Positions 54,242 through 64,000 of a stretch of DNA of 64,000 bases are shown piece after piece. Each line of letters starts with the position of its first letter. The first letter of the stretch is position 1. This DNA comes from Gammaproteobacteria bacterium (lineage in GTDB: Bacteria; Pseudomonadota; Gammaproteobacteria; UBA4575): positions 544,001 to 608,000 of the forward strand of contig CBDCUI010000008.1 in NCBI GenBank assembly GCA_965222615.1, in the 5' to 3' direction. Position numbers and translations under genes: made by a program. A model generated the notes under the pieces. The model had not been told where the DNA came from. It searched no databases and worked only from the letters and a program-made list of their open reading frames with translations.

Positions 54242-54433
54242 GATTTTGTTCTCCTGAATGCTAAAAACTTTTTTAAGTCACTGTAAGAATACGCCGTGAT
54301 GGTTCTCAAATCAAAAATATAGATGATTTAATGCAATACATTCACCCTATAAATAAAGAGTGATTTAATTCGTTTCAGTTAAACATGTTAAACTAGATGT
54401 ATCACGCAAAGACTGATTGTTTGGAAGTATAAA

Positions 54434-54850
54434 TTGAAATTATTCAAAAAACTTAAATTTGGTAGTCGCTTAGGAAGTCGGCATGACACAGATAGTAGTG
54501 TACGTAAGGATATGGAAATGTCTAAACCAACACTTACTGATCAAGACATGCCTGCACTAGAAGAACTCGGTGAAGATAGCGACTATCAACAGTTTCTTTC
54601 TGAAGATGTAAGTGATTCACTTCGCACCCAGGCGCTGCGTAAATTATTTCGTCTAGCTAAATATAATGTTACAGATGGTTTAGATGATTACACGGAAGAT
54701 TACCATCGCTTTGAGTCTCTCGGAGAAATCATCACTGCGGATATACGCTATCAATTGCAACGCAAGCAAGGTGACATAACTGAGAAAGTATTGACGCAAA
54801 ATGAGATTAGTGAAGAAGAAACAGAAGAGTCTGTTGAACAACAAACCTAG
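54434..54850 (+). CDS. DUF3306-family protein (FDH accessory)
   Basis: SDYQQFL.EDV...LR..ALRKLF...NV.DGLDDY.EDY. Confidence 0.8.
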   Translation: MKLFKKLKFGSRLGSRHDTDSSVRKDMEMSKPTLTDQDMPALEELGEDSDYQQFLSEDVSDSLRTQALRKLFRLAKYNVTDGLDDYTEDYHRFESLGEIITADIRYQLQRKQGDITEKVLTQNEISEEETEESVEQQT

Positions 54851-54868
54851 GATTATCGAAAAGTACCC

Positions 54869-56566
54869 ATGAAGGCACTTTTAGATAACTCTCTTAGTTT
54901 AAAACTTCCCGCACATACCCATGATGGACAGGCACGCCAACAAGCGATGCTCAATGATCCTTTATATCAACCGCAAGACGTACTCAAAGTATCTTATTCT
55001 TCTACAGGTTCGCTACTCGTCATTGGTGCAGAAGCGCAAGCACGCACTATTGCCACGCGGCTCGGCAATAATGTAAATGAGTTGGTGATTGCGGTAAATG
55101 AACACCGAAGCACACATGAAGAAGTTCAAGACTCTTTTAGTTCACCGGCAGGTGAGATTCCTGTTTTTCGTTACCCAATTTCTCAGTTATCTGGATACCT
55201 AGGGAACTTTGTAGCAGAAATGAAATTAGCCGATGGCAGCATCAATCTTGCTGAGCTGGCAGCGCTGGGTAAATCCAATTTTGATATCGTACTCGACCTC
55301 AGTTCATCGCCACTGATAACGACAGAAGTCACTCCGCCCGGTTATTTTGCACCTGTTGGAGATGCAGGTTTATTAGAACAGGCGCTGGCCGAAATCCCAG
55401 AGTTAATTGGTGATTTTGAAAAGCTTACGTATTTCCAATATCACCCCAGTATTTGTGCCCATGGCAATAGTGGTCTGCAAGGATGTACCCGCTGTTTAAC
55501 AGCTTGCCCAACTCAGGCCATTCGTTCTATCGGAGATTTAATAGAAGTTGAAGCTCATTTATGCCAAGGGGAGGGTAGCTGTGCCACCACCTGCCCTACG
55601 GGCGCGATTACCTATACCTTTCCACAACCGAATGAGTGCTTATTTGAGATAAAAAATAAGCTCAAGATTTATCGTCAACAAGGAGGCCTGCAGCCGTGTC
55701 TTTTATTTCACGATAAGGATACTGGTAGACAACAATTGTCTCGAGTTGTTGCTGCAATCCCTGAAAATATTCTGCCCTATGCAATAGAAGAGATTGGCGC
55801 AATCGGCATGGATATTTGTCTGGCTGCGCTTGCCTACGCAAGTAGTCATGTACTGATTTTAACGACTTCTTCAACTGCTTCTTCTGTGAGTGCAGTATTG
55901 CAACAACAAGTTGACCACTGCCGGCAAGTTTTAGCCGGACTTCATTTAGGGCCGCAACGAATCACGTTGTTAGCCGCACCAGAGGATGAGTCTCTTATCG
56001 AATACTTGCAAGCCTTACCCGTTCAGGCAGAGTTTGAACCAGCCACATTTATTACCAGTAATGAAAAGCGCAACACAATCCGCATGGCGCTGATACATTT
56101 AGTAAAAATTGTTAATTCATCTACAGATGCAGTGCCACTATCGAAGGGCGCGCCATTTGGTGAAATACAAGTGGATAAAACTAAATGTACCTTATGTATG
56201 GCTTGTGTGTCAGTGTGCCCGGTTTCCGCTTTGCAGGATCATCCAGATAAACCCCAGCTAAGTTTTATCGAGGAAAATTGCGTGCAATGTGAGTTATGTG
56301 TAAAGGCCTGTCCTGAAGATGCCATTTGTTTACAGCCACGCATCACCTTTGATTTTGAAGCGAGGCGACACCCGCGAACCCTCCACGAGGAACAGCCTTT
56401 TTGCTGTATCCGTTGCGGCAAACCATTTGCAACAACAAGTCTGGTTCGTGAGATAGAGAATAAGTTGAAAGGGCATTGGATGTTTCAAAATGAAGCCGAT
56501 TTGCAACGTCTTCAAATGTGTGAAGATTGTCGTGTCGAAGATATGATTAAAAATAACTTACTTTAG
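54869..56566 (+). CDS. Polyferredoxin (4Fe-4S) protein of FDH clusters
   Basis: CAH...GCTRCLTACP, CTLCMACVSVCP, CVQCELCVKACP, CIRCGKPF, MCEDCR. Confidence 0.9.
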   Translation: MKALLDNSLSLKLPAHTHDGQARQQAMLNDPLYQPQDVLKVSYSSTGSLLVIGAEAQARTIATRLGNNVNELVIAVNEHRSTHEEVQDSFSSPAGEIPVFRYPISQLSGYLGNFVAEMKLADGSINLAELAALGKSNFDIVLDLSSSPLITTEVTPPGYFAPVGDAGLLEQALAEIPELIGDFEKLTYFQYHPSICAHGNSGLQGCTRCLTACPTQAIRSIGDLIEVEAHLCQGEGSCATTCPTGAITYTFPQPNECLFEIKNKLKIYRQQGGLQPCLLFHDKDTGRQQLSRVVAAIPENILPYAIEEIGAIGMDICLAALAYASSHVLILTTSSTASSVSAVLQQQVDHCRQVLAGLHLGPQRITLLAAPEDESLIEYLQALPVQAEFEPATFITSNEKRNTIRMALIHLVKIVNSSTDAVPLSKGAPFGEIQVDKTKCTLCMACVSVCPVSALQDHPDKPQLSFIEENCVQCELCVKACPEDAICLQPRITFDFEARRHPRTLHEEQPFCCIRCGKPFATTSLVREIENKLKGHWMFQNEADLQRLQMCEDCRVEDMIKNNLL

Positions 56567-56729
56567 CGTTTAACAGTTGAAGGATTTTAACCATGCTAAA
56601 ATTTTATTCATTTATTTATTTGAAAGCTTTGACGCTTGATCGTAAAGCAACAAGTGTAGGCAAATAAATTGGACTCTCTGTTACAATCAGAGAAACGGAA
56701 AGTCAACCAACTCTTAGGTCAGAGTTGTA

Positions 56730-57329
56730 ATGCATGATGATCATCATGAATTTGATATTGCGCGTGCACGAATTTATCGATTATTAGGTACATTGCTGAT
56801 CAGCCCTCCACAAAAAGAACTGATTAGTAGAATAAAAACAATTGATTCCGCTGAAAATCAGTTGGCTGCACCTATGGCGGCTGCTTGGCATGCCTTACGC
56901 GATGCAAGTGTGAACATTGGTGATATTGAATCATTAAATCCAGAGTTTCATAATCTATTTATTGGAGTAGGTCGTGGCGAACTAGTGCCCTATGCCTCTT
57001 GGTATGTAAGTGGTCTATTACTTGGCAAACCGCTTGCTACATTGCGTAGATCACTTGCTGAATTGGGTATAGAGCGTAAAGCAGATATCAGCGAACCAGA
57101 GGATCACATCGCTGCACTTTGTGAAGTGATGAGCATGTTGATTTTAGAACGAGGAGAAAATTCATTTACACATCAGAATCTATTTTTTTCTCAATATCTA
57201 AAATCGTGGGCAGGCGAATTTTTTAATGACTTACAACATGCCCCGTCGGCGCGATTTTATAAAGCGGTAGGTAAGTTTGGTATAAGATTTATTGAAATGG
57301 AGAAACAATATTTCAGTATATCTTCATGA
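56730..57329 (+). CDS. TorD/DmsD-family molybdoenzyme chaperone
   Basis: LFIGVGRGELVPYASWY, EPEDHIAALCE. Confidence 0.92.
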   Translation: MHDDHHEFDIARARIYRLLGTLLISPPQKELISRIKTIDSAENQLAAPMAAAWHALRDASVNIGDIESLNPEFHNLFIGVGRGELVPYASWYVSGLLLGKPLATLRRSLAELGIERKADISEPEDHIAALCEVMSMLILERGENSFTHQNLFFSQYLKSWAGEFFNDLQHAPSARFYKAVGKFGIRFIEMEKQYFSISS

Positions 57330-57347
57330 GAAATCAGTTTAGAAACA

Positions 57348-57557
57348 ATGCATGCAAAAAATAAAAATCTAGTTAATAAGAAACGGCGCAGATTTTTGGG
57401 GTTGTCTTTAACCGGTGGGGGAGTTGCTTTCATAGCAGGGATTAAAGGGCGCGCTACTCAAGATTCCGCAACTGTTGAAAATCACAAAGCTCAACCGTCT
57501 CACGGCTATCGGGTGACAGAACATATTAAAAAGTACTATCTCAAAGCACGAAATTAA
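57348..57557 (+). CDS. Small twin-arginine protein of FDH regions
   Basis: RRRFL...GYRVTEHIKKYY. Confidence 0.85.
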   Translation: MHAKNKNLVNKKRRRFLGLSLTGGGVAFIAGIKGRATQDSATVENHKAQPSHGYRVTEHIKKYYLKARN

Positions 57558-57588
57558 TATCTATGCTGGCAAACTTTTCAGATGATCG

Positions 57589-60462
57589 ATGATGAAACTT
57601 ACTAAAAAACTCTCGAGCACTGAAACAGCACAAGACATCGATTCACTGAATCGACGTATCTTTTTACAACGAACAGGACTTACGCTAGGCGGTGGTGCAT
57701 TGGCGAGCACCCTACCAACCACCATGATGCAAAAGGCTACTGCTGAAACGGCTTCACCCAATACCAATAAGGTCGAGATCAAACGCAGTATCTGTACACA
57801 CTGCTCAGTGGGCTGTGGTGTCATCGCCGAGGTCGAAAATGGGGTGTGGGTGGGTCAAGAGCCCGATTTTGATTCGCCCATTAATCTCGGTGCATATTGT
57901 GCAAAAGGCGCCTCGGTACGTGAACACGGCCACGGTGAAAAAAGACTTAAATACCCCATGAAAATGGAGGCCGGTGAATGGCAACGGATTTCCTGGGAGC
58001 AGGCGATCGATGAGATCGGCGATCAACTCCTTGACATCCGTGCGAAATCCGGTCCGGACTCCTTGTTTTTTTGTGGTTCATCAAAGTGTAGTAATGAGGG
58101 TGCTTATTTGCAGCGCAAGTTCGCAGCTTTCTGGGGTACGAATAATTGCGATCACCAAGCGCGAATTTGTCATTCGACCACGGTAGCCGGTGTTGCCAAC
58201 ACCTGGGGCTATGGCGCCATGACCAATTCCTATAACGACATGCACAATTGCAAGGCGATGTTATTCATCGGTAGTAATGCTGCCGAAGCCCATCCCGTGG
58301 CTATGCAACATATATTACGAGGCAAAGAAAACGGCGCTAAACTGATTGTGGTCGATCCACGCTTTACCCGTACTGCTGCGCATGCAGATCAATTTGTGCG
58401 TTTGCGTCCCGGTAGCGATGTGGCATTCACCTGGGGTGTGTTATGGCACATCTTTGAGAATAACTGGCAAGACGATGTCTTCATCCGTCAACGTGTATAC
58501 GGCATGGATGAGATACGTGCAGAAGTCAAGAAGTGGAATCCCACTGAAGTTGAAAATGTTACCGGCATAGCGGAAAAAGAGCTTTATCAAGTGGCCAAGA
58601 CCATGGCTGAAAATAAACCCGGCACCATTGTATGGTGCATGGGTGGCACCCAACATCACATCGGTAATAACAACACCCGCGCATATTGCGTTCTGCAATT
58701 GGCATTGGGGAATATCGGCATATCCGGTGGCGGTGCCAATATTTTTCGTGGACATGACAATGTGCAAGGTGCGACCGATGTAGGTCCTAATTGTCACACA
58801 TTGCCGGGCTATTATGGTTTATCGGAAGGTGCTTGGAAGCATTGGGCACGCGTGTGGGGCGTCGACTTTGAGTACATCAAGGGCCGCTTCGATACAGCAA
58901 ATAAGCGCGATGCCGGTGGTGGCAAACTCGAATACACCATGAACATTCCAGGTATCCCAGTATCACGCTGGATCGACGGTATCATGGAAGAAAAGCAAAA
59001 TATTTCACAACAGGATAATTTTCATGCCGTAGTGTTTATGGGCCACGCCGTGAATAGCCAAACACGTGGGCCGCAAATGAAGGCGGCACTGGAGCAGGTG
59101 GATCTCGTTGTAGTAATTGACCCTTATCCCACTCATGTGGCCGTGATGAGCGATCGGCAAGACAATACTTATTTATTACCCGCGGCCACACAGTTTGAAA
59201 CCTATGGATCCGCGACGGCATCGAACCGTTCCTTGCAGTGGCGTGAAAAAGTAATCGATCCATTGTTTGAATCTCAACCAGATCACATCATTTTATATAA
59301 ATTGGCCAAGAAACTGGGTTTTGCCAAGGAGATGTTTAAAAACATTCAGGTCGATAATGAAGAACCACTGATTGAAGATATCTTACGTGAGATCAATCGT
59401 GGTACTTGGACCATTGGCTATACTGGGCAAAGCCCAGAACGTCTCAAGCTACACGCGGCAAACCGCCACACTTTTAACACCACCACATTACAAGCTGAAG
59501 GCGGGCCTGCAGACGGAGAGTATTATGGATTGCCTTGGCCTTGTTGGGGGCCACCTGAAATGAAACATCCGGGAACTCCAATTCTTTATGACACCAGTAA
59601 ATCGGTGGCTGAGGGCGGCCTCAACTTTCGCGCCCGTTTTGGTGTAGAGCATAACGGCATTAATCTTTTAGCCGAAGGTTCTTATAGCAAAGGTGCAGAA
59701 ATTAAAGACGGCTATCCCGAGTTTAGCTCAGAGATACTCAAGGACTTAGGTTGGTGGAATGATCTGACCCCTGAAGAACGACAAAGTGCCGAAGGTAAAA
59801 ACTGGAAAACCGATTTATCCGGCGGTATTCAGCGTGTCGCTATTCAACATGGTTGTGCACCGTTTGGAAATGCCAAGGCACGCTGCGTAGTTTGGCAATT
59901 TCCAGATCCAGTTCCTGTGCATCGTGAACCACTTTACACTTCCAGATACGATCTCGTTAAGAACTATCCAACCTACACCGACCGTAAAGCCTATTGGCGC
60001 TTACCCACACGTTATGCCTCTATACAGGCAGATGATTATTCTAAAGACTATCCGTTGATTTTCATTAGTGGCCGCTTAGTAGAATACGAAGGCGGTGGCG
60101 AAGAGACGCGTTCGAATCCTTGGCTAGCCGAATTACAACAAGATATGTTTGCCGAAGTGCATCCAAAAGACGGTAATGATATGGGCATACGCGATGGACA
60201 AATGATGTGGCTGGAAGGCCCGGAAGGAGGCAAGATCCTGATTAAAGCCATGGTGACGCGTCGCGTACCACCTGGTGTGGTGTGGACACCATTTCACTTT
60301 GGAGGTTGGTTTCAAGGAAAAGATTTGTTTGCCAAATATCCCGAAGGAACCGCTCCTTATATAAGAGGAGAATCCTGTAATACAGCAACGACCTACGGTT
60401 ATGACTCGGTTACGCAAATGCAAGAAACCAAAGCCACATTATGTCGGATTAAACCGGCGTAA
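57589..60462 (+). CDS. fdhA: Periplasmic formate dehydrogenase alpha subunit (Cys ligand)
   Basis: Tat signal NRRIFL, CTHCSVGC, DHQARICHS, RGHDNVQG, C-terminal bis-MGD domain. Confidence 0.95.
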   Translation: MMKLTKKLSSTETAQDIDSLNRRIFLQRTGLTLGGGALASTLPTTMMQKATAETASPNTNKVEIKRSICTHCSVGCGVIAEVENGVWVGQEPDFDSPINLGAYCAKGASVREHGHGEKRLKYPMKMEAGEWQRISWEQAIDEIGDQLLDIRAKSGPDSLFFCGSSKCSNEGAYLQRKFAAFWGTNNCDHQARICHSTTVAGVANTWGYGAMTNSYNDMHNCKAMLFIGSNAAEAHPVAMQHILRGKENGAKLIVVDPRFTRTAAHADQFVRLRPGSDVAFTWGVLWHIFENNWQDDVFIRQRVYGMDEIRAEVKKWNPTEVENVTGIAEKELYQVAKTMAENKPGTIVWCMGGTQHHIGNNNTRAYCVLQLALGNIGISGGGANIFRGHDNVQGATDVGPNCHTLPGYYGLSEGAWKHWARVWGVDFEYIKGRFDTANKRDAGGGKLEYTMNIPGIPVSRWIDGIMEEKQNISQQDNFHAVVFMGHAVNSQTRGPQMKAALEQVDLVVVIDPYPTHVAVMSDRQDNTYLLPAATQFETYGSATASNRSLQWREKVIDPLFESQPDHIILYKLAKKLGFAKEMFKNIQVDNEEPLIEDILREINRGTWTIGYTGQSPERLKLHAANRHTFNTTTLQAEGGPADGEYYGLPWPCWGPPEMKHPGTPILYDTSKSVAEGGLNFRARFGVEHNGINLLAEGSYSKGAEIKDGYPEFSSEILKDLGWWNDLTPEERQSAEGKNWKTDLSGGIQRVAIQHGCAPFGNAKARCVVWQFPDPVPVHREPLYTSRYDLVKNYPTYTDRKAYWRLPTRYASIQADDYSKDYPLIFISGRLVEYEGGGEETRSNPWLAELQQDMFAEVHPKDGNDMGIRDGQMMWLEGPEGGKILIKAMVTRRVPPGVVWTPFHFGGWFQGKDLFAKYPEGTAPYIRGESCNTATTYGYDSVTQMQETKATLCRIKPA

Positions 60463-60474
60463 AGGATTGCAGTT

Positions 60475-61068
60475 ATGGCAAGAATGAAATTTTTGTGTGA
60501 CGCGGAAAGATGCATCGAATGTAATGCCTGTGTGACTGCATGTAAAAATGAACATGAAATTCCTTGGGGCATTAACCGTCGTCGAGTCGTGACCATTGAT
60601 GATGGCCAAGTCGGTGAAAAATCAATCTCGGTAGCTTGCATGCACTGTACTGATGCACCTTGTGCAGCGGTGTGTCCTGTCGATTGCTTTTATACAACAG
60701 AAGACGGCATTGTCTTGCACGATAAAGATCTTTGTATCGGCTGTGGTTATTGTTTTTATGCTTGTCCGTTCGGAGCACCGCAATTTCCACAACAAAACAC
60801 TTTCAACAACCGCGGTAAGATGGACAAGTGTACTTTTTGTGCCGGTGGTCCGGGTGAGGATAATTCTCATGAAGAGTACGAGAAATATGGCCGTAATCGT
60901 ATTGCCGAGGGCAAGCTACCACTGTGTGCAGAAATGTGTTCCACCAAGGCCTTGCTTGGTGGCGATGGCGATGAAATTGCAGATATCTATCGGGAGCGTG
61001 TAACCCGACGCAGTGGCCGACCACAAACCTGGGGCTGGGACAAAGCCTATGGAGGAGGAGAGAGTTGA
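60475..61068 (+). CDS. fdhB: Formate dehydrogenase Fe-S beta subunit
   Basis: CIECNAC, CMHC, CIGCGYC, KCTFC. Confidence 0.95.
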   Translation: MARMKFLCDAERCIECNACVTACKNEHEIPWGINRRRVVTIDDGQVGEKSISVACMHCTDAPCAAVCPVDCFYTTEDGIVLHDKDLCIGCGYCFYACPFGAPQFPQQNTFNNRGKMDKCTFCAGGPGEDNSHEEYEKYGRNRIAEGKLPLCAEMCSTKALLGGDGDEIADIYRERVTRRSGRPQTWGWDKAYGGGES

Positions 61069-61283
61069 TTACTTCATTCTGTGTATACAGAATTTGTAAG
61101 TTCATGTTCAGTATAAGCGTAATTTTAGTAGTAATTGTCGCTTGCAGTAATGAAAATAATTTACTTAGTCAAATGCCCGGCGTCTATCAAGGCAAAGACG
61201 ACCCGCTGTTAAGCAAACAGAAAGATGAAAGACAACAGCAATTGTTGAAGGAGCGCTTGCACCTTGTACAAGCAGATCGCTAG
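61065..61283 (+). CDS. Small lipoprotein within the FDH operon
   Basis: Hydrophobic segment ending IVAC, YQGKDDP; lies between the beta and gamma genes. Confidence 0.6.
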   Translation: MITSFCVYRICKFMFSISVILVVIVACSNENNLLSQMPGVYQGKDDPLLSKQKDERQQQLLKERLHLVQADR

Positions 61284-61286
61284 GCT

Positions 61287-62279
61287 ATGCTAAGAGCTGT
61301 TTTAATTGTATTGCTGTCTTTGAGTTTTGCACTTAGTGTGAAGGCCGAGTCCAACACTAGTGAATCAGCAGACCAAACCAATCCACGTGCTGATACTTGG
61401 CGTGAAGTACGCAAAGGTAATCAAGGCATAACCACTGTCCGTGGGCCAGAAACCGAAATTCTCATTCAAAGTGAAGGTGAACGCTGGCGCCAGCTACGTA
61501 ATGGACCTATCACAAAATATGGCTTGGGTTTGATCTTACTTGTAATTGGATCTATTGCATTATTTTATTTTGTGCGCGGGCCCGTGAAATTAGAAAATCA
61601 ACGTTCAGGTATGACTGTCCAACGTTGGACTGCAGCGGAGCGTTTATTACATTGGTATACCGCAACTTTATTTATTTTAATGGCCATCAGTGGTCTTATT
61701 TTATTGGCAGGAAAATATTTTCTAATTCCTATTCTTGGTGCAAGTTTGTTTGCAAGCATAACGTTAGTACTAAAAGTATTACACAACTACTTAGGGCTTC
61801 TTTTTATTGTTGGTGTGTTGTTGATCATCATCAAGTGGTTACGCTTTAACTTTTTCAACAAAATGGATTGGCAATGGTTTAAGCATGGCGGAGGAATTGT
61901 GGGGAAAAAACATCCTTCGGCGGGGCGTATGAACGGTGGAGAAAAGGTTTGGTTCTGGCTGATTTGTACAGTGGGTCTCGCAGTATGTGTATCCGGCTTG
62001 GTATTGGATTTTCCAAACTTTTCACAATCCCGCGCGGTGATGCAACAGGCTCATCTCATCCATGCGGTTTGTGCCTTGCTCTGGATCGCAGTGTTTATTG
62101 GACATGTTTATATCGGCACCATCGGCACCGAAGGGGCACTAGAGGGCATGACTACAGGCGAGGTCGATGTTGAATGGGCTAAGCAACATCATGATGTTTG
62201 GTATACAGAGCAAATAGATGCAAAGGAAGATAATTCGTTGTCGAGCAAAGTATCTGCTAGCGAACTACAGCAAACTTAG
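61287..62279 (+). CDS. fdhC: Formate dehydrogenase cytochrome b gamma subunit
   Basis: ERLLHW, LHNY.G, NGGEK, GHVYIGT, WAKQHH. Confidence 0.92.
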   Translation: MLRAVLIVLLSLSFALSVKAESNTSESADQTNPRADTWREVRKGNQGITTVRGPETEILIQSEGERWRQLRNGPITKYGLGLILLVIGSIALFYFVRGPVKLENQRSGMTVQRWTAAERLLHWYTATLFILMAISGLILLAGKYFLIPILGASLFASITLVLKVLHNYLGLLFIVGVLLIIIKWLRFNFFNKMDWQWFKHGGGIVGKKHPSAGRMNGGEKVWFWLICTVGLAVCVSGLVLDFPNFSQSRAVMQQAHLIHAVCALLWIAVFIGHVYIGTIGTEGALEGMTTGEVDVEWAKQHHDVWYTEQIDAKEDNSLSSKVSASELQQT

Positions 62280-62521
62280 CAACTAAGGTATGAATATCAT
62301 CTTTCAAGTCCGCACGGATTGGCGATTAAAACTGAGCTTGTGATCTAAACGATCAGCTATAAAAATTTCTAGTATAAATTTTTATTTTTTATTGAGTGCA
62401 ATGTATTGTTGTACCTAGAGTTTCTAACCATCATTAAGAAAATGTGCCTGTTTGAACTGCTCTTGTAACTGAGTTCCGTTACACTGTTCATGATATAAGT
62501 AGTTATCTCAAGGTTTGTGTC

Positions 62522-63895
62522 ATGAGCTTACGCACTCGAATTAATTTAATTATTGCTCTTAGCATGATTGTAATTATTGTTGTGGGTGCAATCTTTACGA
62601 TTTACACAGCACGCAAATCCGTGAACGAAGTGATAAGCGCTTCTATGGACTTGGCAATGAATTTGGTAAGGGATGGAATCTCTGAACCTCTTGCCACGCA
62701 AGATCCAGCGAAGTTTTGGCAGTCAAGAATAGGATTGTCTGCAGGTACAAAAAGCTTGCGCATTCGTATTATTTTACCCGATGGTAGAGTGGTTGATTAT
62801 ATCGGTGCATGGACAACTCAGCCTGCGTCTGCTGTACCCGACTGGTTTGTGTGGTTTATTAAGCCGGGTATGCTAGTTAAAAATCAGCTTATTCAAACTG
62901 AACTTGGTCCGGTCAGAGTCGCGATTCGTGGCGACCCCACAGAAGAAATTACGAAATCGTGGAAAAATGCTGAAGCACTGTTCGGGTTAATTTTTTTACA
63001 GGCTCTTTTAGTAGGGGTATTGGTGCATTTTACTTTGAAAAAAGCGTTGCGTTCAGTGCCTGTAATTTTAAAAGGCCTGGAAAATATTAAAGTGGCTAAG
63101 TTTAGTGAACGTCTGCCAGATTTTGATGTACCAGAATTTTCCAAAATTTCTGCTGCTTTTAATCACGCTACGATGGCTCTTGAACAGGCGCATCGTGAAA
63201 ATCGTGCACTTGCATCACGTACATTAAGCTTGCAAGAAGAAGAACGACGTCTACTCGCACGTGAGTTGCATGATGAATTAGGGCAGTCTTTAACCGCTAT
63301 TAAGATGACTGCCAGTTCTATAACTAAGGAGAGTCCAAGCAGTCAAACGGCAGTAGATTCTATCGTTTCAATTTGTGACCATTTATTTTCAGTGGTGCGC
63401 TCAATGATGCGACGCTTGCGTCCAACATTACTGGATGATCTTGGTTTGGCCGCTTCATTACAGGATATGGTTGACAATTGGAGCGAGCAAAATTCCAATA
63501 CGAAAGTTTATCTTCAAATCGGAGATGGAATAGACGCCTGTAACGAAACAGAAAATATACATTTATTCCGAATAGTTCAGGAGGCACTTAACAATATTGC
63601 AAGACATTCACAAGCAAAAGAAGTGGAAGTCAATTTAAGGCTAAGTAATTGTAAAACTCTTAATCAAGATATAGAGCATGGCAGCGAATTTGTTGATTGT
63701 ATTAGCTTGACGATAAAGGATGATGGTAAAGGTTTTGATGCAAATCAAGTTGCTCCTGGATTTGGTCTCTTGGGTATGCGTGAACGTGTGGAGAGTCTAG
63801 GTGGAAAATTTTATTTGAGCACTCAACCCAATCAAGGTGTTTTAATTACAGTTGAAATTCCATATGGAGAGACACCAAAGTGGCAGCTTCCCTAA
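62522..63895 (+). CDS. HisKA_3 sensor histidine kinase (MxcQ/MoxY-like)
   Basis: 2 TM + HAMP, EEERR.LARELHDELGQ, QEALNN, DDGKGF, GFGLLGMRER. Confidence 0.9.
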   Translation: MSLRTRINLIIALSMIVIIVVGAIFTIYTARKSVNEVISASMDLAMNLVRDGISEPLATQDPAKFWQSRIGLSAGTKSLRIRIILPDGRVVDYIGAWTTQPASAVPDWFVWFIKPGMLVKNQLIQTELGPVRVAIRGDPTEEITKSWKNAEALFGLIFLQALLVGVLVHFTLKKALRSVPVILKGLENIKVAKFSERLPDFDVPEFSKISAAFNHATMALEQAHRENRALASRTLSLQEEERRLLARELHDELGQSLTAIKMTASSITKESPSSQTAVDSIVSICDHLFSVVRSMMRRLRPTLLDDLGLAASLQDMVDNWSEQNSNTKVYLQIGDGIDACNETENIHLFRIVQEALNNIARHSQAKEVEVNLRLSNCKTLNQDIEHGSEFVDCISLTIKDDGKGFDANQVAPGFGLLGMRERVESLGGKFYLSTQPNQGVLITVEIPYGETPKWQLP

Positions 63896-64000
63896 AAGTT
63901 TTGTTAGTCGATGATCATGCCGTGGTGCGTGCTGGTTATCAGTTGTTGCTATCTCAATCCGATCAAGTTAAGGAAGTTATAGAGGCTGATTCCGGAGAAC
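63880..64000 (+). CDS. NarL/FixJ-family response regulator, 5' fragment
   Basis: GTG start after a GGAG RBS; MAASLKVLLVDDHAVVRAGYQLLL...EADSGE; overlaps the kinase stop and runs off the window. Confidence 0.88.
   Translation, partial: MAASLKVLLVDDHAVVRAGYQLLLSQSDQVKEVIEADSGE

Noticed and set aside
56636-56650. FNR-like site TTGATCGTAAAGCAA upstream of the TorD-like gene
   Set aside because: Spacing and right half do not fit TTGAT-N4-ATCAA.
57589-60462. Selenocysteine recoding in FdhA
   Set aside because: The active-site residue is Cys (TGT in ARICHS) and there is no in-frame TGA.

Overview
A 64 kb chromosomal window from an AT-rich gammaproteobacterium. Bases 1-9.5 kb are an accessory region containing a split two-gene RHS/YD polymorphic toxin with a Cys-rich, AMOP-like C-terminal tip, a 3-TM immunity candidate, an IS30 with terminal inverted repeats, a RAYT/Y1 transposase, two type II toxin-antitoxin pairs (one toxin frameshifted) and an aminotransferase remnant. 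The middle is mostly core genome: cysZ, queF, smc-zipA-ligA, an orphan lpxA, mpl, thiD-thiE-hemL, rppH, bfd-bfr, fur, hemJ, argC, erpA, anmK, an M23 peptidase and tyrS. It also holds a Fur-boxed porin/FMN-binding/PepSY-TM operon, an orphan twin-arginine YxxPxL peptide, and at least four copies of a ~145 bp MITE-like palindromic repeat. A complete 16S rRNA gene stands alone, with no tRNA, 23S or 5S following it. The right end carries a Tat-exported formate dehydrogenase cluster and a NarX/NarL-type (MxcQE-like) two-component system that runs off the window edge. All calls come from reading the sequence and recognising motifs; no database searches were run.
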